DNA of 64,000 nucleotides, taken from Octopus vulgaris. Lineage: Eukaryota. Below, piece after piece: positions 53,837 through 64,000 of the stretch. Made by a program: the position numbers and the translations under genes. Positions within the stretch are counted from its first letter, which is position 1. Every line of letters starts with the position of its first letter. The stretch is from contig OX597823.1 of assembly GCA_951406725.2 (NCBI GenBank), positions 96,348,001-96,412,000 of the forward strand, read 5' to 3'. Below the pieces are notes generated by a model that saw only the letters and a program-made list of their open reading frames with translations, was not told the DNA's origin and ran no database searches.

Positions 53837-55173
53837 GTAAGTATTTAGATTTTTTCAGACTTGCTATTTGTTTTGTTGTTCGCCCCTTTTGTTAGTCCAC
53901 CCATCGTGGAACCAGCACAATTAGTAAAGAGACAGAGCTAGGCTTATCTTTCTACGGATTTACATAACAACATACGAATAAGGAAATATTATCCATCAGA
54001 CCAGGCACAATGGCTATAAACCTTTTCTTACCGTATTTGGGATGAAATACACTGTATTTGTTTCAAAGAATTTAGTAAAATAGCTAAGCCTTTTCTTACC
54101 ACATCTCTGAAATACACAGCCTTTGCTTTAATTAATTTTGAAATAACGAAGAATTTAGTGGAATAATTTTGTCATTATTAAGCTGCTACTTCAGGTGGTG
54201 AGCTGGCAGAATCATTAACAGACTGGAACAAATTCCTGGCAGCATTTCGTCCGTCTTTACATTCTGAGTTGAAATTCCACTGAGGTCAACTTTGCCTTTC
54301 ACCCTTTCGGGATCGATAAAATAAGTACCAGTTAGATATTGGGGTTGATGTAGTTGACCTACCCCAACTCACTCGAAATTGCTGGCCTTGTGCCAAAATT
54401 TGAAACTGTTGTTATTGTGCTACTTGGAACAATAAAACAAACTCACTCTGCCTTTCTCTTGTCCAGAAGGACATTTTATATTTCTCCTTTGCGTTACTCT
54501 ACACTTGTCTGTCTGCTAGACCCCGACTTTCTTTTTCTTGTATATGTATTATTATTATTTTTTGTATATGTATTAGCTTGTTGTTGTGTATGTATTACTT
54601 TTTTTGTCTTCATTTGTCCTTAATGCCATATTCTCTTTATTTATCTCATTTTTTTTTGTTCCTCATCCGTCCACAAACAGTCTCCTCTCGAATTGCTTTT
54701 ATCCATTTTCGTTTGTCCATTTCCGTATCCCGCTTTTTCATCTTTATTTGTCCGTCTCGTTTCGTCTTGTCATGTTCTGGTTACACTCCCATCAAGATCT
54801 CATGCTGATTGCCTCCAGGGTGGAAGAAATATTATCAATAATGGCACGAAATTGCACCCGACCCCTTGGTCGATAACTGATGAGGAGTTAGTGACTTTCT
54901 GTGTTTGTTCTTCATTCATCTGTGCATTTGGTATACGTTTTTCAACCTCATCATCCGCTTCTTTTTTTTTTTCATTCGTTTGTTTATTACAATAAGTATT
55001 TGACTTCTGATAACATTATTCACGTAACGCAATCCTTGTTTTGTACGTATATATGTGTTTGTGTGTGTGTGCTGAAAATTAAACAGGGTGGTCATGGTGT
55101 GCTGGTTCAGTAATGATCAGGGGCCAAACAGTAACAAAAACAAAATCATATTTTTTTCTGATTTTTTTTTCAG

Positions 55174-55337
55174 TCAAATTTGGTTTCTGGCAAGGTTGGT
55201 CGAATAATGCCGATGGTTCTTATGGGAGCACTTTCCATAATCGCGGGGCTATTTTCGTTGTTGTTACCCGAAACAAACAACCGGAAAATGATGGACAACT
55301 TCAATGATTTGACCAAATCTGGAGAACTGAAGTTCGC
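55174..55337 (+). CDS. SLC22 transporter coding exon 9
   Basis: Acceptor TTTTTTTTCAG. Translation SNLVSGKVGRIMPMVLMGALSIIAGLFSLLLPETNNRKM has TM12 and the LPET motif. Donor GC|GTAGGT. Confidence 0.92.
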
Positions 55338-56044
55338 GTAGGTGTCTCTCATACGATTTAAACATCACCCTTGTCATCATCATCATCATCAATAGTAGCA
55401 TCATGATTGTCGTCATCATCATCAATATCATCATCACCATCATCTTTGTTATCATCATCATCATCATTATTATCATTGTCATCAACATAAACATCACCAA
55501 CATCATTACCATCATCATCATCGTTGTCATCATTATCATCATCATAACCATCACCATCAGCAGCATAGTAATTATCATCATCATCAGCATCATCATCATC
55601 ATCATGAGCCAAGAAGCAAACCCTGAATCAATCATTCGACCTGCTAGAAATTACAGCCTGTCACCTTAAAGAAAAAGGATGGACACATTGAATATTGAGG
55701 GATAATGGCCAGAAAACAAAGCAGGTTGCTTTGGAACAATGTCCTGGGAAGGAAAGATTAACTGTTGTGGTTAGCTGTGCTGTAGTATGGGCAAGACCAA
55801 AGGACAGTTGCTCTGGACTCAAAGTCCTTAGAGGCACAAAATTCCAAAAGAAAAATCAGATGAAATGCTTGTGTGGTAGGAAGTTTGCTTCCCAACCACA
55901 GTTTCAGGTTCAGTCCCACTGCATGACACCTTGAGAAAGTGTTTTCTGTTATACCCTCAGGCCAACCAAAGTCTTCAGAGTGGATTTGGTAAATGGAGTA
56001 TGTGTGAAGCCTGCTGTATGTATGCATATGTAGTCTACATGTGC

Positions 56045-56108
<64 letters not shown>

Positions 56109-57177
56109 GTGTATGTATGTATGTATGTATGTATTTGTATATGTATGTATTTGTTTATGTATGCATGTATGTATTTGTATATGTATATATATATGCATAT
56201 ATGTATATATATACATATATACGTATATACATTTACATATATATATATATGCATACATACATATATATACAGATACAAATATATGCATACATACATATAT
56301 ATGCATACATACATGTATATACAGATACAAATATATATACATATATATACATGTATACATATATATATATATGGTACGACTCTTTGTTTGTCTCTCTCTC
56401 TCTCTCACTTTTACTTGATCTGTCCCCTTCTCTCTCTACTCATCCTCTTTTTCTCTTCTCTTTCCTCTGATTCTTTGGTCTAATCTTCCACTACCCTCCT
56501 AATTCTTTGTCTCGCTCTGCACTCACAGGTCAATCTTCGACACCCATCCCTTCTCCTCTCTGATTCCTTCTTTCTCTTTCTTCTCTCTCTTTGTTGCGTT
56601 TGTCCCTCCTCTCTCTCTCTCCTCTCTCTCTCTCTTCCGTTGCTTCTCTTTCTTTTCTTTTCTCTCTTCTCTGTCACGTGACTGCTGGCCGAAATCTGCC
56701 TTTCAGCTTCTGACCAGCGTCGTGTTAACATCGTTGTTTTTCGTCCGCCGCTATAAGCATCGCCGATAAGGCTCCTTTCCTTGCGCCAGAGAAAAAATTT
56801 GTTTGCTTGTTATCAGTCGTAAGACACTTGTTGTTGTTTTCACCGTTAATGCTTCTGTATTTCATGTTTCTGTATTCCATTATTTTTTTGTTTTTTTATA
56901 TTCGTCCCTTTTGCTGTCCTGGTGTCCGTATGCATTCGATCCTTCTTCCAGGAAATCTACGCTCCCAGCTTAGTTTTTCTAATGCTCGTTGCTTAGTTTT
57001 TCTTGGAGGGCTGGCCGTGATCTAGTAATCTCAAGATTAATCAGCCGAAATTACTACGATGATCCGGTTCTTGACTGAAGACTGAGGGGTTCGAATGTCC
57101 TGTCCGTGTTTATTGTATCGTCTTCTAAGAGTTATACGTTCTTGTCCATGTTGTATTTTTCTACATACCTTAATATG

Positions 57178-57209
<32 letters not shown>

Positions 57210-57290
57210 TATATATATATACATATATACATACATATATATATATATATACAGATATATATGTATTTGTATATATATATATATATATAT

Positions 57291-57340
<50 letters not shown>

Positions 57341-57707
57341 TTTGGGTATGGTAGATGAGTTCTGCAAAAATTTAGATTCAGATGAATATGCTACTTAAGT
57401 TGAGGCACCAGAATTTTGTACGGTATTATCCATACAACTTCAAAGTAATTTCATTAAAATCAAAATAAGTAATAAGGATATCCAGAGGTAATGCAGTACG
57501 ATTGTTTCATACAACTGCAATCATCACATCAATTTAAAATGCAGAATAATCCGCAGCTACACAAAGACATAGAATTTAATTAAATTAAGCTTCAATACTG
57601 GAGTAAGACATTATGTTCTTTGTCTATCTCCTTAACTTCTTGGAGATTTTACGTATAATTATACTAATGTGTTCATCTGTTCTAATTTAATTAAATTCTA
57701 TGTCTTT

Positions 57708-57796
57708 GTGCAGCTGAAGTTTGCTGTGCATTTTAAATTGATGTAATGATTGCATTGTTCATTTAAATGGAGTTGCATGAAACGATCGTACTGCAT
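57708..57796 (+). ncRNA. Hammerhead ribozyme, A9U variant, in inverted repeat (arms 57460-57588 and 57683-57827)
   Basis: GTGCAG CTGAAGT TTGC...GCAT GAAA CGATCG TA CTGCAT. Family relative at 19887-19970. Confidence 0.7.
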
Positions 57797-57833
57797 TAGC
57801 TCTAGATATCCTTGTTGCTTATTTTGATATATG

Positions 57834-57907
<74 letters not shown>

Positions 57908-58582
57908 TACTATTTTAGGTACCCGGTAATAAATTACCGTTGATAAGATGCCTGTTTATAACCATGAAACATTTTTCGTCAAATTTCAACATTTCTCAAA
58001 AATTTTAAATCTATATTAATTGGTAGGACCAATTTGGTGACAAACTGAGCAGAGTCTAATAGCGAACCCGTGTCGTCTTCACTTTTGTGCATTTGCGTAA
58101 AATAGCAAAATTTTACGTTCTGGGGCAGATTTCGTCAAACTGATGTCATGACAGCTAATGTGCAAAATGCCTAAATTTTGCTTGAGAAATAGAATGCTCT
58201 TACCTAATCAAAACCTGAAACGCTGAGGAATTAAAACAACGAATTGAAATAATAAGTTTTAGCAAATCAAAACAATTCGCATTGAAATGAACAAATAGCA
58301 AATGCTAAATAGATTACCATTAATAAGCTGTCTGTCTCTAGCCATGACACATTTTTGGTTAAATTGATAACGGTGGAGTAGTGCGAAAAATGCCAACTTT
58401 TACAATTTTTGGGAAATTGATGCTGATTACAAGTTGAATTTTCCAAAATTCCTAGTGCGTATGTGACCGTATGGGCATAAGCCCCCCACCCCCCAAACAC
58501 ACACACACGAGTCAAGTTGGATAGTCTCGGAGGAGTTAAAGTAACAAATTCACAAACACACAAACTTGTCATTTATTATACA

Positions 58583-58948
58583 CTAGCACTATGACCGGCA
58601 ACGCCGGGTCATAGAGCTAGTGCATGCATATACAGCGGCGTGCGTGCGCACATACACGCGGGTACTGTCCAAATCTCCGACCAATCCCATACAGCTAGCT
58701 GGCATTCAATTGGCGTATCCCGTTTCGGGCATTTTGATTGGGTTTTGGATAGAAAATTCACAAAAATGTCACTTCTATTGATTTTTTAATGGCTTTGCGA
58801 GGTGACTGGGAAAATGTAAAGATGTGCACGACCATCCTTGGATAGTTTTGAATGACCATAGAAAGTGCGAGCTCTCTGATTGAAAAATTTATATAAAGGA
58901 CACGCACACACACACACACACACACATTTTGGCGTTTATATATATAGA
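58583..58948 (-). mobile_element. Non-autonomous Helitron-type element
   Basis: Minus-strand 5' end TCTATATATATAAACG. 3' end is a palindromic hairpin ending in CTAG. Confidence 0.6.
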
Positions 58949-58961
58949 GATACATATATAC

Positions 58962-59006
<45 letters not shown>

Positions 59007-59055
59007 CATATATATATACATATATATGCATATACATACATATATTTGCATATAC

Positions 59056-59158
<103 letters not shown>

Positions 59159-59338
59159 ACATATATAATATAAGTAAATATATATATATATAATATATAA
59201 TATATATATATACATATATATATATACATATATAATATATACATATATATATATATAATATAAATATATATATATATATATTTATGTATATATATGTGTG
59301 TATATACATGTATATATATACACATACATGTGTGTATA

Positions 59339-59373
<35 letters not shown>

Positions 59374-59805
59374 CGTTTGTGTCTGTGTTTGTCCTCCCCA
59401 TCTCCGTTTGACAACCAGCCACTAAGCATTGGTATCTTTACAGCCCCGTAGCATAGTTGTCCAGAAAAAAAACACCGATATATGTAACAGGGTTTTAAAA
59501 AATAGGTTATGGGGTCGATTCACTGAACTAAAATTTTTCGAGTGCTCCAATATGGCCACAGTCTCATACTTGAAACAATTTAGAAATAACAGTTAAAAAC
59601 TAATACCTGGATGGATATGAGCTGAGACTAGCTAACTCCCAGGAGCAACAGCAGTGGAAGGGAAAGTTTGTGCAATAATGACATCATTGATTTAACAAGA
59701 ATCTTAATCATCAACAGCATCTGCATCATATTTCGACTATTAAACATTATTTTGCTAAATGTCTGATTGGCTCTTTCCTCTTTTTCTTTCTTTCTTCCCT
59801 TCCAG

Positions 59806-59884
59806 TACTAAAAGGGATGCAATTCTAAAGGAAGAAACTCACTCTATGAAACCGAGACAATCTGCAGAGGATATAAATTCTTAA
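59806..59884 (+). CDS. SLC22 transporter probable terminal coding exon 10
   Basis: Strong polypyrimidine tract plus CCAG acceptor, phase-compatible with exon 9. Translation (A)TKRDAILKEETHSMKPRQSAEDINS then TAA. No conserved motif, so less certain. Confidence 0.7.
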
Positions 59885-59918
59885 TGTACGTATGTATGTA
59901 TGCAAGTGCGTATGTATG

Positions 59919-59952
<34 letters not shown>

Positions 59953-59991
59953 TGTATGTATGTATGTATGTATGTATGTATGTATGTATGT

Positions 59992-61030
59992 CTACCTGAG
60001 AAGCACTATTAATAGATATGGCAATCTGGATGATGAAATTCCATATAGAAATAGGAAATCAAGTGTTACTTTCGGAAGGCTAGAAAAGCGCCTCTGGAGT
60101 CGGCGAGACATATGCAGAAAGACAAAGATAAAGGTGTACAAGGCATGTGTGCTCCCTTCTCTTCTCTATGCCTGCGAGACGTGGGTCACATATTGTTACC
60201 ACCTTAAACAACTGGAACGTTTCCATCAGATGTGCCTCAGACGGATCTATAGCATTAAGTGGAAGGACCGCATCAGTGATTTTGAAATACTCGAAGGCTC
60301 TCGGTGTGAAAGTATAGAAGCTCTTGTGTTAAAGCAAAGGCTCAGATGGAGTGGTCATCTGGTCAGAATGAAGGATTCAAGGATGCCAAAACAACTCTTA
60401 TGGAGAGTTAGCTAAAGGAGAACGACCTCCACATAAACCAAAAAAGAGGTATAAGGACTTGCTGAAGACTTCCTTAAGAGATGCTTGCATCTCTCCTGAC
60501 ACATGGGAAGGCATAGCCATTGATCGTAGCAGGTGGAGAAGGATTGTGCATGAGGGGACAGCCACGTTTGAGAAATCTCGAGTTGCACATGAGAAAGTAA
60601 GGAGGGATGTCAGGAAGGGCATCGCTGTTACACTTCCAGAAGGGAAGGGTCTTCCTTTGATTCTGACATGCAATGTCTGTGCAAGACCCTGCCTCAGTAA
60701 AGCTGGACTCATGAGCCATCTTCGCAGTCATAAAACGAGACAGATGAGTGACAACCTGGCCACTGGTGGTGGTGTAACACACCATACTAATCATATCTGT
60801 TGGGCATGTGGAAGAGAGTGTAAATCGGCAGGAGGACTTAAACGACATGCAAAGGTACATGAAGCCCAGTTACAACTACAGCCGGATATTACCAGTAAAG
60901 GTTTTAGTTGCCAATTTTGTACAAGACATTGTAGATCTTTAGCTGGGCTAAAAAGTCACATTGGATCACAGCACGAGTAACAGTTAAGCCTCGTGCAATG
61001 ACCATACTCGATAACGAGGGGACAGCCATA
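59992..61030 (+). mobile_element. 5'-truncated RTE LINE with three C-terminal C2H2 fingers and (ATGT)n tail
   Basis: YLRSTI...KIKVYKACVLPSLLYACETW...LRWSGHLVRMKDSRMPKQL, one frameshift near 60400, then CxxC-HxxxH three times. Confidence 0.92.
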
Positions 61031-61130
61031 ATGTATGTATGTATGTATGCATGTACATAGGTACGTACATGTGTATGTGCATCTATGTGTGTATGTGAGC
61101 ACACGCACACAAACACACACACACACCATT

Positions 61131-61221
<91 letters not shown>

Positions 61222-61223
<2 letters not shown>

Positions 61224-61743
61224 CTTACTTTATTGGCCACACAGGGCTGGACACAGAGGGGACAATTACAAATGTAAAGCTTTTCTTTTCGGAGATGGAA
61301 AAGGAGAAAGGAGAAAAAAAGGAAACAAATGTAAAATTTCGATCAAAAGGGATCAGAAGAAGAAAAGGCGATCAAAAGGGATCGTGTGTCTCAGAAAGAA
61401 AAACATTTATTTTCAAAGTAACAAACAAGATTAGGTTCATCCGTAGAAAGAAAATCATACAGAAAAGACCACGGTAACCTCAGGCAGGGAGGAAATAAGC
61501 ACATGAGAGCAAAGTGCTCTCTCTCTCTCTCTCTTTTACGATTTACAGGATCATGTTCAAAGTGGTTTCGTCACTCGCACGCACCAATTTTGCTACATTC
61601 ACCCACCTTTTTTGAAACTTTCACGAGACAAAACCTGCCTTGCCATTCTCACCTTCCTTTTCAAGTGGTACTTGAAAACGTTCATGAGCGATTGGCCAGA
61701 GAGGTAAGTGTTTGTCTCTAATCCTTTCGCTCGAGTCCACCAC
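61222..61743 (-). mobile_element. L1/Tx1-like LINE 3' end between (GATA)n arrays
   Basis: WWTRAKGLETNTYLSGQSLMNVFKYHLKRKVRMARQVLSRESFKK.WVNVAK resembles Tx1 ORF2 C-termini (W..R...F...W). Confidence 0.6.
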
Positions 61744-61815
<72 letters not shown>

Positions 61816-62580
61816 GGATGGATGGATGGATGGATGGATGGATGGATGGATGGATGGATGGATGGATGGATGGAGTGTTGGCAAAGAAGAATAGTATTTT
61901 AGAATAACTAAACTCCATCACTAACCACCATTTGCAGATATTCAGACTTTATTATTACCATTGATGACATTCAACCATTATTAAAACCAGAAGAAGAAAC
62001 AATAAGGAGAGGCACTGAAATCTGTAGGCATGAACAGTACAACAGTACACATGTATGTGGTTAGCATTGAATCTATGTTGAGACACTAATATTACATCAG
62101 GGAAAAAGAAGACTTCAGAAAAGAGGCAAGGTCCACAGTGACTGCTTTTCTCTCGACTCAATGCATTTACTGCTTTGACCAGGCAATTAGTATACTGAGA
62201 TTTCCCTAAAACGAATCCCACCGAGGTCAACTCAGTCAGATTTGAACTCAGAATGCAAAGGGCCAGAAGAAATACCACAAACCATTTAGTCCAACACTTG
62301 AAAAGTTCTACCAATGCCCACACCCGGACAACTACAACAACTACTGTTATGATTCAAAATTAAACAAAGACACAAGACAGCAACAGGTGAGGGAACAACA
62401 AACAAGGTGTATTAGTTTGATGTTCAGGAAAAATGGAAGAAGTGTTTGATGTTTCGAGCCAATGCTCTTCAACTGAAAAGAATGAGGAGAGAAAAGAGAT
62501 GGAAGGAGGGAAAAGGAAATTGTGTTTGGGTTAACTACTGCTACTACTAATGGTGATGATGATGATAATAATAATGATAC

Positions 62581-62760
62581 TTTGTTGTGTCTGGGGAGTC
62601 ATTCTCTTTTAGTGCCTTATTATTTAACACACTCACTGTTAAAGTTTCCACTCATTTACCTATTAATAGAAAGAAAGATAAATAAATGAGTGGAAACTAC
62701 CAGTGAGTGCATTATATAATAAGGCACTGAAAGAGAAGGACTCTCCCTAGACACAACAAA
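62581..62760. repeat. Inverted repeat (62581-62657 and 62683-62760); related single copy at about 30447-30530
   Basis: TTTGTTGTGTCTGGGGAGTC...TTTCCACTCATTTA versus TAAATGAGTGGAAAC...CTAGACACAACAAA. Confidence 0.8.
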
Positions 62761-62805
62761 ATATGCTTCGACACACATAAAGAATCTTGCAAACCAAATC
62801 CAAAA

Positions 62806-62873
<68 letters not shown>

Positions 62874-62884
62874 TAATAATATTT

Positions 62885-63940
62885 TGCAAAAATTTGGACT
62901 TGACCCATGATAAAATCTGCTAGGAACGCAAACCACCTGCAGTGCTTGAAAATGGCCACATTTCACAACTCACCATTCATACTGACAGAAAGCTAAATGC
63001 AAAGAGGCAAAACATCATATTGAAAGACTTCAGACAAAAATCATGCCTCTTCATTGATATGACTGTCTCAATCGATATAAACGTATCTGTTAAGACCTAC
63101 CAAAAACTGAGCAAGTATGAAGATCTTGAAATAGAAATTAGCAAATTGTAGAACCTCAAATACCTGTTGTCATAGGTGTTCTGGGAATGATAGCAAAAGG
63201 TGCTGATTGCTACCTAGCTCAGATACCAGGAAACCCCAAAATGGCAGAAATTCAAAAGACAGTGCTCGTGGGAACAGCCAATATCCTACGCAAAATACTT
63301 TCTTATAATCTCAAGTTTTAAAACAAACACATTATTTTCTTATGGTTTCTTAAACATTCTCTAGAACAACACAAGGTACAAAACGAAATATATGGCACCC
63401 TAGGCATAACACCAGCATGAACTTCTACACTGGAAGCACAAATTTGTGGGGGAGGGAACTAGTCGAGTATATTGACCCCCAGTACTCAACTGGTACTTAA
63501 TTCATCGACCTGAAAGGATGAAAGCTAAAGTTGACCACATCGGAATTTGAACTCAGAACGTAGCAACAGGTGAAATACCGCTAAGCATTTCGTTAAGCAT
63601 ACTATCGATTCTGCCATTATTAATGATAATGGCTATAGAAAATGAAGAAGGTGAAGATAGGGCTATGGAAAATGAAGAATACGGAGATAGTGTCAGTTAC
63701 TGTTGGGTCCTTGGAAGCAGTATCAGAAGGTATCAAAGGGAATACAAAGGAAATTGGAATAGACTGCACAGTAGAACTGTTACAAACGGTTTGCCCCCTT
63801 AGCACATTCAGAATAATCAGGAAAGTATTAGATAGCTGAAAACAAGAGATAGCATGGTACCCTAGCCTGCAGGGCTGCGGGTAGCAAGCCTGCTATGCAT
63901 GCAAGACTCCAGGAACTCCAACAAAACCTGTGATAAAGAG
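62885..63940 (+). mobile_element. Two R4/Dong-like RLE 3' fragments separated by a SINE, ending in (TAA)n
   Basis: IHTDRKLNAKRQNIILKDFRQKSCLFIDMTVSID...KLSKYEDLEIEI and LWKMKNTEIVSVTVGSLEAV...VELLQ...RIIRKVL. Confidence 0.85.

Positions 63941-64000
<60 letters not shown>

Noticed and set aside
62440-62480. HHR-like TTGAAGAGC-ATTG-GCTCGAAACATC on the - strand, and an orphan GAAACGATCGTC at 51787
   Set aside because: Core spacing or stem I is not satisfied, or the 5' half is missing. They may be relics but are not callable.

Overview
AT-rich, microsatellite-saturated animal DNA, most likely from an octopus (inferred from the tRNA-derived SINE families, a C2H2 zinc-finger fragment and the repeat landscape). 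One host gene is present: a complete 10-coding-exon SLC22 (organic cation/anion/carnitine transporter-like) MFS gene on the + strand, 15406..59884. By my manual splicing it encodes about 553 aa, with GT-AG introns and compatible phases throughout. The rest is mobile DNA: Penelope-like element (PLE) GIY-YIG fragments, R4/Dong-like, RTE and Tx1-like LINE fragments, Tc1/mariner/maT/rosa-type transposase relics, Helitron pieces, SINEs and simple repeats. The most striking unannotated signal is a dense set of type I hammerhead ribozyme (HHR) motifs: about 6 with an intact CUGANGA/GAAA core and about 8 variant or degenerate. Most have a palindromic stem III and lie inside or between long inverted repeats at (TA)n arrays. 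Also notable are a gag-only retroelement with a 5-hairpin 3' array and a near-intact Tc1 whose stop codon abuts a C2H2 zinc-finger fragment. All coordinates and folds were read by eye. Almost all ORFs in the supplied track are microsatellite artefacts.
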